A DNA stretch of 64,000 nucleotides from Clostridia bacterium (GCA_017416205.1 JAFQDC010000007.1:6022-70021); one strand, 5' to 3'; positions 11,144-22,374 are shown, counted from the first letter of the stretch. Notes: generated by a model not told the origin, from the letters alone. Numbers and translations are program-made.

Positions 11144-12088
11144 TTATTGAAGAATTGTTTCTTCAAATCTTCTGAGAGCAGATACGTACCCATCTCTGTC
11201 TATAAGCACACACAGACCGTGTCCCGCTTCGGGTACTGTCACAAGCATCTTCTTTGTGGGACAGGCATCGTATAATTCTCGGCTCATTTCACAGGGAACA
11301 AAGTCATCATTCTCGCCGTGAAAGAATATTATCGGCACTCGTGCTCTTTTTACTGCCTCAATGGGTGAATCCTCTTCAAGTCTGAAATGACCGAAAAGCC
11401 AAGCACCAAGTCTTATAAACGGATATATGAGCTTTGGTGGAAGACCCATTTCCTTAACTACCTTTTTTATGATACGTCGAGCTGATGAATAAGGGCAATC
11501 GGCAAGAACGTATATAACGTTTCTGAGATTTTTATCACCTGCCGCCATTACGACGGTAGCCGCGCCCATTGATATTCCGGTAAGTATTATCTGAACGTCC
11601 CTTCCAAAGCGTGAGACTGCAAAATCCACCCATAAAAGGCAGTCTCTCTTTTCGTTGATACCAAAGCTTATGACATGGCCGTCGCTTCTGCCCGATGCTC
11701 GGTGGTCTACAACAAGAACATTATGCTCAAGAGCAAAGCTTCTGAAAACCCCGCCGCCCATATCTCTTTCGGAATTTCCCTGATACCCGTGAAACATGAT
11801 TTCCACAGGAGCGCCTTTTTTGCATTCATAATACTTTCCGCGAAGGGTGAGGCCGTCAAATGACGTTATTGAAACGTCCTCGTGTGGCATAGCCCTCACT
11901 TCCTTGATCCACCGTACCATTTTATCGCGGTATACTTCATAAATCTCGCCCTCGGGAATATCATACTCATCATCACCGAGAATTTTTCTTTCAGGAGAAT
12001 AGAACACCCTGAAAAAGCAGATGAGCGATGTGATTAAAACCAAAAGTATAATGAATAAAAGTATACCGGCTGCAATTATATATCCCAT
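11144..12088 (-). CDS. membrane-anchored alpha/beta hydrolase
   Basis: N-terminal TM segment, nucleophile elbow GISMGAAT, and HG..D near the C-terminus. ATG 12088 follows GGGGGTG. The track start at 12100 is a GTG. Confidence 0.7.
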   Translation of the reverse strand: MGYIIAAGILLFIILLVLITSLICFFRVFYSPERKILGDDEYDIPEGEIYEVYRDKMVRWIKEVRAMPHEDVSITSFDGLTLRGKYYECKKGAPVEIMFHGYQGNSERDMGGGVFRSFALEHNVLVVDHRASGRSDGHVISFGINEKRDCLLWVDFAVSRFGRDVQIILTGISMGAATVVMAAGDKNLRNVIYVLADCPYSSARRIIKKVVKEMGLPPKLIYPFIRLGAWLFGHFRLEEDSPIEAVKRARVPIIFFHGENDDFVPCEMSRELYDACPTKKMLVTVPEAGHGLCVLIDRDGYVSALRRFEETILQ

Positions 12089-12200
12089 AAACACCCCCAC
12101 GTTATGCTATAGATTATACCATTTTTCACCTTTTAATACAAGCATAATATTTTTAGCAGTTTTGGATACAATGAAACCAGTAGGAAAGGAAGGTCAAATT

Positions 12201-12635
12201 ATGATAGAATCAGATACAATAAAGCTTTTACGTGAATGTGATGCAGGGGTAAAGATGGGTACCGATTCCATCGAAGACGTACTTCGATTTGTCAAAAACG
12301 ATGAGATGAGAAAATATCTTTCCAAATGCAAAACTGAGCACGAAAAACTGAAGATCGAAATTGACGAGCTTCTTGAAAAATATAATGATAACGGTAAAGA
12401 TCCAAATCCCATTGCCAAAAGTATGTCCTGGATGAAGACAAACGTAAAAATGGGTCTTGACGAATCAGATGAAACCATTGCAGATCTTATGACCGACGGT
12501 TGCAACATGGGAGTTAAATCCCTGAACCGTTATCTTAATGAATATGAAGCGGCAGACGAAGTTTCAAAAGATATTACAAAGCGTCTTATAAACCTTGAGG
12601 AAAAGCTGGCAATAGATATAAGAAAGTATTTATAA
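12201..12635 (+). CDS. small all-helical protein of unknown function
   Basis: ATG 12201 is preceded by AGGAAAGGAAGG. The upstream part of the track ORF overlaps the divergent hydrolase gene. A possible four-helix bundle; the family is not firmly recognised. Confidence 0.6.
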   Translation: MIESDTIKLLRECDAGVKMGTDSIEDVLRFVKNDEMRKYLSKCKTEHEKLKIEIDELLEKYNDNGKDPNPIAKSMSWMKTNVKMGLDESDETIADLMTDGCNMGVKSLNRYLNEYEAADEVSKDITKRLINLEEKLAIDIRKYL

Positions 12636-12641
12636 AACATT

Positions 12642-12667
12642 AAAGCCTCCCGATTTCGGGAGGCTTT
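12642..12667. terminator. bidirectional terminator
   Basis: AAAGCCTCCCG...CGGGAGGCTTT palindrome between convergent stop codons at 12635 and 12670. Confidence 0.7.
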
Positions 12668-12669
12668 AT

Positions 12670-14064
12670 TCATATTTTTACTATTCCAAATACGTCAAGT
12701 ATAGATGATACCAATATCAAAATGATGCATATGGGAGCTATATATCTTATCATAATTGCAAAAAGCTTTTTCTCTCGGAATTTTCCCGAAAGCTCCACCT
12801 CTTCGGTAACTGCCTTGGGTTTTATCACATAACCAACAACTATGCAGGTAGCAAATGCAACTACAGGCATCAGTATATTGTTGGCAAGGAAATCAAAGAA
12901 GTCAAGGAATGTCATACCTATGATCTTAATATCATTCCATGCGCTATATCCGAGAGCAGAAACGCATCCAAGCAAAAGGCTGAACACAAGCACCGCAATA
13001 CAAGCAGGAACACGCCTCATCCCAAGCTTATCCTGCAATACGGAAACCACCGTTTCCATAAGCGAAATAGATGAGGTGAGAGCTGCTAAGAAAACCATAA
13101 GGAAGAACACAGCACCTATTACACTTCCGTAAGGCATAGTATCGAACACCCTGGGAAGGGTCACAAACATTAGTCCCGCTCCCTTATTTAATGCTGTTTC
13201 ATCACCGCCTGAAAAAGCAAATACTGCCGGCACAACCATAAGTCCTGCAAGAAATGCTACCCCGGTGTCAAAAAGCTCTATCTGTCTTACTGACTTCTCT
13301 ATGCTGACCTCCTTCTTCATGTATGAGCCGAAGGTTATCATTATGCCCATAGCAAGAGACATTGAGTAAAACAACTGCCCCATTGCAGCAACCACGGTCA
13401 TTACGGAGAACTTGGAAAAATCGGGTTTAAGGTAATAAACAACTCCTTCAACTGCTCCGTCCATTGTTACAATGGAATATATTGCAATGAAAAGTATCAG
13501 TACTACAAGAATAGGCATCATTATTTTACTAACCTTTTCAACGCCCCTCTGTACTCCCAGCAGTACAACGACAGAAGTAATTATTATATAGATCGAAAAC
13601 CAAATTATAGGCTCGGATACATTCTCAATATACTTATCAAAGAATGATATCTCAGTTAAAGCTCCTGCTACCTCAGTCTTATTGATAACAGCCATCTCAC
13701 TTCCCTGTCCGGATATAAAGCCGAAAAGGTATTTCATTACCCATCCGCCAATAACGGAATAGTAAGGAAGTATAAGTGCAGGTACAACAGAGGCAAAAAC
13801 ACCAACAAAGGTAAATCTTCGGTCAAGCTTCTGAAAAGCTCCTATAGGGCTTTGGCCTGTTTTCCTTCCGATAGCTATCTCTGCTATCATCAGAGAAAAA
13901 CCAAAAGTTACTGCCAGTATTATATAAACGAGAAGAAATATACCTCCTCCGTATTTTGCCGCAAGGTATGGAAATCTCCATATATTTCCAAGTCCAACGG
14001 CACTTCCTGCTGCCGCAAGGACAAATCCAATTTTCCCTGTGAACGTACTTCTTTTTATTTCCAT
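12670..14064 (-). CDS. sodium-dependent transporter, NSS/SNF family
   Basis: GNIWRFPYLAAKYGGG signature and about 11-12 TM spans. ATG 14064 is preceded by GGAG. The track start at 14082 is a TTG. Confidence 0.85.
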   Translation of the reverse strand: MEIKRSTFTGKIGFVLAAAGSAVGLGNIWRFPYLAAKYGGGIFLLVYIILAVTFGFSLMIAEIAIGRKTGQSPIGAFQKLDRRFTFVGVFASVVPALILPYYSVIGGWVMKYLFGFISGQGSEMAVINKTEVAGALTEISFFDKYIENVSEPIIWFSIYIIITSVVVLLGVQRGVEKVSKIMMPILVVLILFIAIYSIVTMDGAVEGVVYYLKPDFSKFSVMTVVAAMGQLFYSMSLAMGIMITFGSYMKKEVSIEKSVRQIELFDTGVAFLAGLMVVPAVFAFSGGDETALNKGAGLMFVTLPRVFDTMPYGSVIGAVFFLMVFLAALTSSISLMETVVSVLQDKLGMRRVPACIAVLVFSLLLGCVSALGYSAWNDIKIIGMTFLDFFDFLANNILMPVVAFATCIVVGYVIKPKAVTEEVELSGKFREKKLFAIMIRYIAPICIILILVSSILDVFGIVKI

Positions 14065-14159
14065 TGGTCTATGCTCCAACAAATTAAATGCCCTGTTATT
14101 ATCTCACAAAACCATAGAAATTACAACCCATTGGAGAAATTTTCTTGTAGTTATTTACA

Positions 14160-14843
14160 TTATTTGTCTTCTTTGAGACAAATTTTAAGTCTTTCCCTTC
14201 CGTTCTCATATGCTTTTTTGGATTCTGAAAGTAATGACATATAAAACTCCTCAGCTGCTTTCTTTCTCTCTTTCGCCAAAGCAGCACCTCTTTCCGTAAA
14301 GAATCTACTGTAAAGCTTTTTCAGTTTATAATGGTATTCTCTGAAAAAAGAAGGCTCTTCTGTATTTTCACCGTCACATACAGTATCATCATTAAGAGTG
14401 TACAAGGGCTCCGTCACACTTCCGCGATAAATAAGCGAGCGGGCCATACCCATAGCCCCACATACGTCTACCTTATCGGCATCGAAAAGGATCTTTGCTT
14501 CTATACTCTTTGGGGGATTATTGCTTCTGAATCGATGAGTATATATACATTCTCTGACGAGTGCTGCATTTTCATCGCTCCATCCAATGGATATAAGATA
14601 TTCGTATGCCTTTTTACTGCCAACCTCGGCATGACACACTCTTGGATCCTCAATCTGCTCTTTGCGACCGATATCATGAAGAAGACACGCCGCTAAAAGT
14701 ATATCCATATTAACGTTTTCCTCGTGCTCCGCAATATCAAGGGCAATATAAAGCACTCTGTATACGTGCTCCTTATCGTGCGCTGAATCGGACATACATC
14801 CTATCATATATTCTTCAATTTTGCGAAATTCCTTATTAGTCAT
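14160..14843 (-). CDS. HD-domain phosphohydrolase
   Basis: H...HD motif (SAHDKEHVYRV, LLHDIGR). ATG 14843 is preceded by GAGGT. The track start at 14876 lies inside the purC terminator stem. Confidence 0.75.
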   Translation of the reverse strand: MTNKEFRKIEEYMIGCMSDSAHDKEHVYRVLYIALDIAEHEENVNMDILLAACLLHDIGRKEQIEDPRVCHAEVGSKKAYEYLISIGWSDENAALVRECIYTHRFRSNNPPKSIEAKILFDADKVDVCGAMGMARSLIYRGSVTEPLYTLNDDTVCDGENTEEPSFFREYHYKLKKLYSRFFTERGAALAKERKKAAEEFYMSLLSESKKAYENGRERLKICLKEDK

Positions 14844-14862
14844 AAGTACCTCAGAAAAATTC

Positions 14863-14890
14863 AAAAGGGGACGCAAGCGTCCCCTTTTTT
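14863..14890 (-). terminator. rho-independent terminator of purC
   Basis: AAAAGGGGACGC..GCGTCCCCTTTT palindrome, 7 nt beyond the purC stop. T-rich on the minus strand afterwards. Confidence 0.65.
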
Positions 14891-14896
14891 GATTTG

Positions 14897-15580
14897 TTAT
14901 CTATTATTGATAAGCTTTGTAAGCTCAACGGGATCAACGATCTTGCCGTCCTTGTAAACACGCATGTTACCGGAAGCGATCTCGTCGATAAGAATAACCT
15001 CACCGTTATTGTAACCGAACTCGAACTTGATATCCCAAAGATCAAGGCCTATAGACTTAAGGTCATCAGCAACGATCTTTGTGATAGCGAGAGTCTGAGC
15101 CTTCATGGACTCGAACATTTCAGGGCTCATAACGCCGAGAGCTGCAAGGCCCTCACCTGTTACGAGGGGATCGCCCTTTGCGTCATTCTTGAATGTGCAC
15201 TCAACGTAGCCGCCTTCAAGAACTGTACCGTCTGCAATATATTCGCCGTATCTGCGGATAAAGCTACCTGTTGCAACAAGGCGGCAGATAACCTCAAGAC
15301 CGTGACCGAAAACAGTTGCGGGAAGAACTTCCATAGTAGCGTCCTCAACGTTTGCTCTTACGTAGTGAGTCTTGATGCCAGCCTCCTTAAGAAGCTCGAA
15401 ATAGTGAACAGAGCTGATAAGGTTAGCCTTACCGATACCCTCAATTGTGAGACCTACGGAATTTTCACCGGGATCGAACACACCGTCTTTTCCTGTGCAA
15501 TCGTCCTTGAACTTGAGCATTACATTGCCGTTGTCAAGAGCATAAACATCCTTGGTCTTTCCTTCGTAAAGCTTTTTCAT
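14897..15580 (-). CDS. purC: phosphoribosylaminoimidazole-succinocarboxamide synthase
   Basis: [14 protein letters not shown]-terminus, and SAICAR synthetase blocks throughout. 227 aa. Confidence 0.95.
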   Translation of the reverse strand: MKKLYEGKTKDVYALDNGNVMLKFKDDCTGKDGVFDPGENSVGLTIEGIGKANLISSVHYFELLKEAGIKTHYVRANVEDATMEVLPATVFGHGLEVICRLVATGSFIRRYGEYIADGTVLEGGYVECTFKNDAKGDPLVTGEGLAALGVMSPEMFESMKAQTLAITKIVADDLKSIGLDLWDIKFEFGYNNGEVILIDEIASGNMRVYKDGKIVDPVELTKLINNR

Positions 15581-15728
15581 ATTAATCCTCTTTCTTTTTC
15601 TTTATCCCTATACGGAACAAATAGACTTGGAATACTCTCTAATTATATAACTCTTTTTTTTATTTGTAAATAAGTATTATAACAAATTTTGCAAAATTGA
15701 ATAATTTTTTTCTGTACAAATTGCAAAA

Positions 15729-16394
15729 TCATTTTTGCATTTTTTCTACGTACTTAAAATAAAGTGAATCATCCGGTCTTTTTATAATCAGCGCAAAATA
15801 AGTATCAGAGGTTTTATCGTCAAGACTGCAATTAAACACCAGTCTGTACGTATTCTCTGTCTCCTCAACACTTACAACGTTAATATCTATCTCCCACTCA
15901 AAGGGCTGTGCCGCTGTGATATAGGCATCAATACTCTCAATGTAATAATACATCTTTCCGCTTTCATTGGTAATCTTTTCTTTACCGCCGAAATACTTAT
16001 ACGCTGTGTTTTCAAAGTCTGATGCCGGAATTACCACTGAAAAATCCACCCGACTGTTTGCATCATGCGCCTGTTCTATCAGATCGGGGTTTCCTGCGTA
16101 TTTTGCAAAATTTTCGCTGTACATACGGTTAAGAATAGCATCCCTGCAAAGCTTTATTGCTTCCGCAGTACCGTGAAACTCCGGAATGTCAATGGAGTTT
16201 ACGGTCATTATCTTCACCATATCAGCTAAGGTTTTAGCAGTATCACTATCAGTTTCATATGTCTTTATTATTTTCTCGCCTTCATAGTCATGTGTATCGA
16301 ATCCCAGCGTTGCAAAAAATTCTCTTGCAGCGCTACATGAGCATAGAGTAAATAAAATCAAAGAAAGACATATAAGACAAAGGATTTTTTTCAT
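15729..16394 (-). CDS. putative lipoprotein of unknown function
   Basis: Signal peptide MKKILCLICLSLILFTLCSC with lipobox-like Cys residues. Lies 5 nt downstream of the GH94 gene. Confidence 0.55.
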   Translation of the reverse strand: MKKILCLICLSLILFTLCSCSAAREFFATLGFDTHDYEGEKIIKTYETDSDTAKTLADMVKIMTVNSIDIPEFHGTAEAIKLCRDAILNRMYSENFAKYAGNPDLIEQAHDANSRVDFSVVIPASDFENTAYKYFGGKEKITNESGKMYYYIESIDAYITAAQPFEWEIDINVVSVEETENTYRLVFNCSLDDKTSDTYFALIIKRPDDSLYFKYVEKMQK

Positions 16395-16398
16395 ATTA

Positions 16399-18834
16399 TC
16401 AGCCCATTACTACTTCAACGTTATGAACGTTTCCGTCACCTATGGGAGCAACTGTATTTCCTTCTATCTTCACACCGTCAACGCATACGCTTACCACGCC
16501 CTTGCAAACAGCTGCCGAGTTATCAACGTGGATCTTATATGTATCGCCACGGAACTTTCTTGTTACGGTAAACTCCTTAAGCGTATCGGGAATGCAGGGA
16601 TCGACCTTAAGTCCCGCGTAGTCGGGCATAATACCGAGAATGAATCGGGAAATATTATAGAACGTCCAGGCCGCGGTACCTGTAAGCCATGAATTCTTAG
16701 CCTCACCGTGACGAACAGCATCCTTGCCTGCGATCATCTGAGAATATACGTAAGGCTCTGTTCTGTGGATCTCGCTGATATCCTCGATGTATGCAGGACA
16801 AGTCTTCTTATAAACCTCAAAGGCACGGTTTCCACGTCCGATCACAGTCTCAGCAATGGAGATCCAAGGGTTATTATGGCAGAAAATACCCGCGTTTTCC
16901 TTATATCCGGGGGGATAGGAGGAGATCTCTCCAAGCTCTATGTGGTATCTTGTATAAGGAGGATTATTAAGTACGATACCGTACTTTGTATCAAGTCTTT
17001 CAATTACGGAGTCAAGAGCCTTAACAGCAAGGCCTTCCTCAACACCGATTCCACCCATAATACAGAATCCCTGAGGCTCGATGAATATCTGTCCCTCTTC
17101 GCACTCGTGGCTTCCTATCTTATTGCCGAATGCATCATATGCACGGATGAACCACTCTCCGTCCCAACCGTGAGTAAGAACTGCGTCGTACATATCCTTA
17201 AGCGCCTTCTTTGCGTTTTCAGCGTCTTCAAGTCTACCGGTCTTTTCGCAAAGAGCAACGTAATCGGGACCTACTGCTACAAACATACCTGCAATGAACA
17301 CACTTTCTGCAACAGGACCCTCGGAGGGACCGGATGTCTGGAAGGATTCGCCGGGAGTTTCTGAGAAGCAGTTAAGATTGAGACAGTCGTTCCAGTCTGC
17401 ACGACCGATAAGAGGAAGTCCGTGAGGACCAAGATTATTTGTTACGTGATCAAAGGAGCGCTTAAGATGCTCCATCATGGGAGCAGCCTTTGATTCGTCA
17501 TTATCAAAGGGTACCATATCGTCAAGGATAGAGTAATCACATGTTTCCTTTATATATGCTGCAACGCCGAAGATAAGCCACAGGGGGTCATCGTTAAAGC
17601 CTGAACCGATATCGGAGTTACCCTTCTTTGTGAGAGGCTGATACTGATGGTAAGCGCTGCCGTCCTCCATCTGAGTTGCGGCAATATCATATATTCTCTC
17701 TCTTGCACGCTCGGGTATGAGATGAACAAATCCGAGAAGGTCCTGAGTGGAGTCACGGAATCCCATTCCACGTCCGATGCCTGACTCAAAATAAGAAGCA
17801 GAACGGGACATATTAAAGGTAACCATACACTGATACTGGTTCCATGTATTAACCATTCTGTTCATCTTCTCATCAGCAGATTCAACGGAATAAATAGAGA
17901 GAAGCTTTTCCCAGTAAGCTTTGAGAGTTGCAAGTGCTTCGTCAACCTGCTCATCGGTCCGGAAAGCTGCGAGAAGCTTGTTTGCGGGAGCCTTGTTGAT
18001 AACGTCCTGGCTTTCCCACTTTTCATCCTTGGGATTTTCACAGTAGCCGAGAACAAATACAAAGCTCTTCTCTTCCCCTGCCTCAAGGTCAACGTTGATC
18101 ATATGAGAGCCGATGGGAGCCCAGCCGGACGCAACGGAATTCTGTGCCTCACCTGCAAAGGGGACGTTAGGACAATCAAAGCCGTTATAAAGGCCGATAA
18201 AGGTCTCACGGTCTGTATCAAAGCCGTCTATAGGAGTATTTACGGAGAAAACAGCATAATGATTGCGGCGCTCACGGTACTCTGTCTTGTGGTAAATAGT
18301 ACTTCCAATTACCTCTACCTCTCCGATTGAGAAGTTACGTTGGAAGTTAGTCTGGTCATCCCATGCATTCCAAAGACAGAATTCTACAAACGAGAAGAGC
18401 TTGATGCTCTTTTTCTCTGAGGACTCGTTCTTAAGACGAAGTCTGTGTACCTCACAGGTGTATCCGAGGGGTACAAATGCAGTCTGCTCGGCAGTCAGCC
18501 CGCCAACTGTGGACTTTATCTTTGTATAACCCATACCGTGACGGCACTCATAAGACTCATAAGGAGTCTTAACAGGCATCCAGCCGGGTGTCCATACCTT
18601 GCCGCCGTCATTAATATAGAAATACCTTCCGCCTGCATCTGTGGGAGTATTGTTATATCGATAGCGGGTAAGTCGGAGCATTCTCGCATCACGGTAGAAG
18701 CAATATCCACCGGATGTATTGGAAATAAGTCCGAAGAAATCCTCACTTCCAAGGTAGTTTATCCAGGGATAAGGAGTGTCAGGTCTTGTGATCACATATT
18801 CGCGATCAATGTCGTTAAAATAGCCGAATTTCAT
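16399..18834 (-). CDS. cellobiose phosphorylase (GH94)
   Basis: 811 aa, collinear with the Clostridium thermocellum cellobiose phosphorylase as I remember it ([43 protein letters not shown] end). Confidence 0.93.
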   Translation of the reverse strand: MKFGYFNDIDREYVITRPDTPYPWINYLGSEDFFGLISNTSGGYCFYRDARMLRLTRYRYNNTPTDAGGRYFYINDGGKVWTPGWMPVKTPYESYECRHGMGYTKIKSTVGGLTAEQTAFVPLGYTCEVHRLRLKNESSEKKSIKLFSFVEFCLWNAWDDQTNFQRNFSIGEVEVIGSTIYHKTEYRERRNHYAVFSVNTPIDGFDTDRETFIGLYNGFDCPNVPFAGEAQNSVASGWAPIGSHMINVDLEAGEEKSFVFVLGYCENPKDEKWESQDVINKAPANKLLAAFRTDEQVDEALATLKAYWEKLLSIYSVESADEKMNRMVNTWNQYQCMVTFNMSRSASYFESGIGRGMGFRDSTQDLLGFVHLIPERARERIYDIAATQMEDGSAYHQYQPLTKKGNSDIGSGFNDDPLWLIFGVAAYIKETCDYSILDDMVPFDNDESKAAPMMEHLKRSFDHVTNNLGPHGLPLIGRADWNDCLNLNCFSETPGESFQTSGPSEGPVAESVFIAGMFVAVGPDYVALCEKTGRLEDAENAKKALKDMYDAVLTHGWDGEWFIRAYDAFGNKIGSHECEEGQIFIEPQGFCIMGGIGVEEGLAVKALDSVIERLDTKYGIVLNNPPYTRYHIELGEISSYPPGYKENAGIFCHNNPWISIAETVIGRGNRAFEVYKKTCPAYIEDISEIHRTEPYVYSQMIAGKDAVRHGEAKNSWLTGTAAWTFYNISRFILGIMPDYAGLKVDPCIPDTLKEFTVTRKFRGDTYKIHVDNSAAVCKGVVSVCVDGVKIEGNTVAPIGDGNVHNVEVVMG

Positions 18835-18859
18835 CTATATACTTCCTTTCATTGATTTC

Positions 18860-19510
18860 TTATTTGATATCTGCAATACTTACGCCATCAAGTGATTCTC
18901 TGTAAATATGGCAGATGCTTTTTATTATTTCTTTATTCTCATCCTCAGTGAGATCATATACTCCGAAAACCTTAAATCCATATGCCGATGCGGTTTTCAC
19001 AGCATGAAGGGCATCCTCAAATACCCAAGTATCAGCCAGCGGAGTTCCAAGCTTATTATGAGCATATAAGAACACATCAGGCTTGTCCTTACCGCATCCC
19101 ACATCAGAGCACGTAACAATTCCCTCGAAATATTTCATTATGCCGAGCCTTTCAAGAGCAGGACGTATAAGGCTCTCATAGGTTGCAGTGGCTATATACA
19201 TTTTCACACCATTTGCACTGAGCATCTCGAGAAGCTCAAAAACACCGTCTTTCAGTGTGACCTCCTCAAAGTAAAACCTCTGAGTTACCCTTTCGCAGTC
19301 CTCTTCAACCTCATCGGCAGTCATAGCGAGAGGATAGTTATCAGCTATCTCCTCAGCAACCTCTCTTAAGCTGAAATATTTGATCTTTTCATCAAAATCG
19401 GGACCTGCTTCGATCCCTTTAGAGCGAAGATAAAACTCACCGAAGTGTATCCACATCTGCATTGAATCAAGCAGGGTTCCGTCAACGTCAAATATTGCAC
19501 CCTTTATCAT
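18860..19510 (-). CDS. HAD-superfamily hydrolase
   Basis: Motif I FDVDGTLLDS. Later motifs present (ATAT, FEDA). Confidence 0.8.
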   Translation of the reverse strand: MIKGAIFDVDGTLLDSMQMWIHFGEFYLRSKGIEAGPDFDEKIKYFSLREVAEEIADNYPLAMTADEVEEDCERVTQRFYFEEVTLKDGVFELLEMLSANGVKMYIATATYESLIRPALERLGIMKYFEGIVTCSDVGCGKDKPDVFLYAHNKLGTPLADTWVFEDALHAVKTASAYGFKVFGVYDLTEDENKEIIKSICHIYRESLDGVSIADIK

Positions 19511-20154
19511 CTTGCACGCTCCACGAAGCTTTTGGCATCATCATTCCACATTACCATGAGAACGCCGTCACCAACACTGATCCTTGCACTCTTACCTGTA
19601 AATTCATTACTTACGCCAAGAGGGACAGTGCTTGTGAGGCATGCATTATCCAGCGGATATTTGAGCCCTTCAATGGTAACACCCGTAGATCTGTCTATTG
19701 CAAAAACAGATACAAGCCCTTCCTTTCCTTCTTCAAAGGAAAGATCGGTCTCATCACCGAAAATACATACGGCATTTTCTTCTCCCCAAAGCCAGCATAC
19801 GGCACCGTGATCAGCAGCTCCCGCGCAGTTCTGAAGATTCGCCATAGTATGATCAAGACGTCCGCCAAGACCTCCGTATATAACGAAATCGCGATACCCT
19901 CTTTTCATTCCCTCAGCAAGAGCAAGGGCGGTATCCGTATCATCCTTTTCTGTAGGGTGACATATCTTATTATCATGCTCGGGGATATGACCGAGAGAAT
20001 CGAAATCTCCTACGCAAAGGTCAGCGCAAACTCCGATCTTATCAAGATGAGCAAGGCCTCCGTCTGCGGCAATAACGTAATCTCCGTCTTTTTTATCTAT
20101 GTACATTCCGTCGGTAACACAGGCACCGACTATGTAGCAAATATTATTACTCAT
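19507..20154 (-). CDS. thiN: thiamine pyrophosphokinase
   Basis: AADGG, GDFDS, EKDDTD and GGRLDH motifs. 215 aa. 4-nt overlap with the downstream HAD gene. Confidence 0.85.
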   Translation of the reverse strand: MSNNICYIVGACVTDGMYIDKKDGDYVIAADGGLAHLDKIGVCADLCVGDFDSLGHIPEHDNKICHPTEKDDTDTALALAEGMKRGYRDFVIYGGLGGRLDHTMANLQNCAGAADHGAVCWLWGEENAVCIFGDETDLSFEEGKEGLVSVFAIDRSTGVTIEGLKYPLDNACLTSTVPLGVSNEFTGKSARISVGDGVLMVMWNDDAKSFVERAR

Positions 20155-20167
20155 TTATACTTCCTTT

Positions 20168-20989
20168 TCATTCAGCTCCGAATATCAGAAGCTTTGCATA
20201 AGACATATATTCCCGAACAAGCACGGAAAACATTGAATAAGGATTGGGATCCTTTGCAAGCACAAACTTACTGTCTATATCGAGGCGTGATGATATAAGC
20301 TCAATTCTCGGTATATGGAATGCGTTTGATATTGAAACTATACCGTTTTTATTAAGGTCATGCTTTTCAATAATTTCATAAGAATTCTTTATATTCTCAA
20401 CAGTATTTCTTGCCTTATCCTCAACGTATATTCTTTTCTCATCTATACCCATTTCAATAAGATAGTTCTTCATGACCACACCCTCGGGCATGGGTTCATC
20501 CGCTCCCTGTCCTCCTGAAACTATACATACCGATCCGGGGAGAGCATCCATATATTCAACCGTTTTGTCAAGTCTTTTTCTCAGAGTAACGCCGGGTCTG
20601 TCTCCCTGAAGACCTGCACCGTATACGATAAAAACTGAATCCTCAGAAAGATCCTCAGGCTCTGCCTGAAGCATTCCGGCGCTGAATATGTATGAGCTAA
20701 GAATAAGAAACGTTATACAATAGAAAAGCATTCCGTATGCAAATATATTCTCAAGCACCTTGAAAAGCTTTTTCGGGATCTTTTTTTCAAGCTGTCTTCT
20801 GAAAAACACGGGAATTCCGGCAACAGCAATACCAAGAAAAGCTGCAATAAGCTCTATTTTGTTTGACGGCCAGAAAATCAGCTTTAAAAGGTATGAAACG
20901 TAAGCAATAAAGCCAAATGATCCGCAGACCATATATACGACCTTTAAAGCTTTATTATATATAACCGATATATTCTCTTTTTTTGTCAT
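20168..20989 (-). CDS. YdcF/ElyC (DUF218) family membrane protein
   Basis: N-terminal TM spans followed by a DUF218-like core (VSGGQG..EG..M..YL, NTVENI). Confidence 0.7.
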   Translation of the reverse strand: MTKKENISVIYNKALKVVYMVCGSFGFIAYVSYLLKLIFWPSNKIELIAAFLGIAVAGIPVFFRRQLEKKIPKKLFKVLENIFAYGMLFYCITFLILSSYIFSAGMLQAEPEDLSEDSVFIVYGAGLQGDRPGVTLRKRLDKTVEYMDALPGSVCIVSGGQGADEPMPEGVVMKNYLIEMGIDEKRIYVEDKARNTVENIKNSYEIIEKHDLNKNGIVSISNAFHIPRIELISSRLDIDSKFVLAKDPNPYSMFSVLVREYMSYAKLLIFGAE

Positions 20990-22374
20990 TTTTCAAGTTC
21001 CTTTACGGCATTTGAAAGTATGACCGCAAAATCATAAATTCCGCTGACAGGTACCACCTCAGCCTCTGTCAGCTTCATAGGCTTTTTCTGAATGCTGCGC
21101 TTTGGAAGCGCTATCTTTTTAAATCCTATACGCTCTGCTTCCTTGGCTCTCTGCTCGGCGCATGAAACGGCACGCACTTCTCCTGAAAGTCCGATCTCTC
21201 CAGCCACTATCAGATCTGCAGGCACGGGAATATCCTTAAAGCTTGACGTGAGCGCCATCGCAATTGCCGCATCTGCAGCCGGCTCATCTATTCTGAGGCC
21301 GCCTATAACGTTCAGATAAACGTCGCACTGAGAAAACTTAAGTCCCAGCCTCTTCTCGAGAACAGCCAAAAGAAGACACATACGGTTATAATCAATACCG
21401 TCCGCCATTCTTTTTGGCGTAGGATACGCCGTAGGTGTTGTAAGAGCCTGGATCTCTGCGATAATGGGTCTCGTTCCCTCCATAAGGCATACAGCGCAGC
21501 TTCCCGAAACACCCTTAGGACGTCCTGCAAGCAGCATTGCAGAAGGATTGTCGACCTCATCAAGCCCTGTATCCGTCATTTCGAAAACGCCGATCTCATT
21601 TGTGGAACCGTATCTGTTTTTGATTGCTCTGACGATCCTGTGGCTCTGGCTACGGTCACCCTCAAAATACAGAACAGCATCAACCATATGCTCAAGCACC
21701 TTGGGACCCGCAATACCGCCCTCTTTATTTACGTGACCTACAAGTATTATTGCAGCTCCGTCAGCCTTTGCACGGGCAACAAGCTGAGAGGAGCACTCTC
21801 TGACCTGAGTTATGCTTCCCGCAGATGAATCAGCCGATGCAGACACCATAGTCTGCACCGAATCAACTATCACAACGTCGGGACTTACCCTGTCATATTC
21901 ATTAATAACCGTATCAAGATCGTTTTCTGTAAGCACGAGCACGTCTGATGCATCTACACCCAGACGCTTTGCTCTGAGTTTCAGCTGACCCTTGGATTCC
22001 TCACCCGACACATAAAGAACGCTGTAGTTATCGTCAGCCTTCCCGCAAAGCTGCATAAGAAGTGTGGACTTTCCGATACCGGGCTCACCCGCCAGAAGCA
22101 CCGCGCTTCCGGGGACAAGACCGCCGCCGAGAACGCGGTCAAGCTCACCGATACCCGTGATAATTCTCTCCGAGTTCTGATCCTCCATTTCAGAAAAAGG
22201 AACAGCGATCTCCTTTGAAAGCACTCTCTTTACAGCAGCGCTCTGCTTTGGCTGAGGACGATAAGTTTCCTCAGTCAAGGTATTCCACGCGCGGCAAGAT
22301 GGACACTGTCCGCTCCAACGGGGAAACTGTCCGTCGCACTCGCTGCATACATATACTGTCTTTGGTGCCTTCAT
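20986..22374 (-). CDS. radA: DNA repair protein RadA/Sms
   Basis: Zinc finger CSECDG..CPSC, Walker A GEPGIGKST, KNRYG motif and a Lon-like C-terminus. ATG 22374 is preceded by AAGGAAG. Confidence 0.95.
   Translation of the reverse strand: MKAPKTVYVCSECDGQFPRWSGQCPSCRAWNTLTEETYRPQPKQSAAVKRVLSKEIAVPFSEMEDQNSERIITGIGELDRVLGGGLVPGSAVLLAGEPGIGKSTLLMQLCGKADDNYSVLYVSGEESKGQLKLRAKRLGVDASDVLVLTENDLDTVINEYDRVSPDVVIVDSVQTMVSASADSSAGSITQVRECSSQLVARAKADGAAIILVGHVNKEGGIAGPKVLEHMVDAVLYFEGDRSQSHRIVRAIKNRYGSTNEIGVFEMTDTGLDEVDNPSAMLLAGRPKGVSGSCAVCLMEGTRPIIAEIQALTTPTAYPTPKRMADGIDYNRMCLLLAVLEKRLGLKFSQCDVYLNVIGGLRIDEPAADAAIAMALTSSFKDIPVPADLIVAGEIGLSGEVRAVSCAEQRAKEAERIGFKKIALPKRSIQKKPMKLTEAEVVPVSGIYDFAVILSNAVKELEK

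Noticed and set aside
12021-12200. N-terminal 60 codons of the track ORF 12021-12635.
   Set aside because: This stretch overlaps the 5' end of the divergent hydrolase gene and lacks an SD. The ATG at 12201 has a strong AGGAAAGGAAGG SD, so the extension is spurious.
14894-15673. 259-aa + strand ORF overlapping purC.
   Set aside because: The opposite strand encodes an unmistakable SAICAR synthetase. The + strand product has no recognisable motifs and runs through the purC promoter region.
15581-15728. Possible purine riboswitch in the purC 5' leader. The minus strand contains UAUAAU and a candidate extended -10 promoter TGTTATAAT.
   Set aside because: The leader is only about 95 nt. I could not find the conserved P2/P3 stems, the L2/L3 loops or the J2/3 UUUCUACC-like segment of the purine aptamer. 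The resemblance is limited to an AT-rich hexamer.
19462-20298. 278-aa + strand ORF across the thiamine pyrophosphokinase and DUF218 genes.
   Set aside because: It is antisense to two well-supported genes and crosses their intergenic gap. No SD or family signal.
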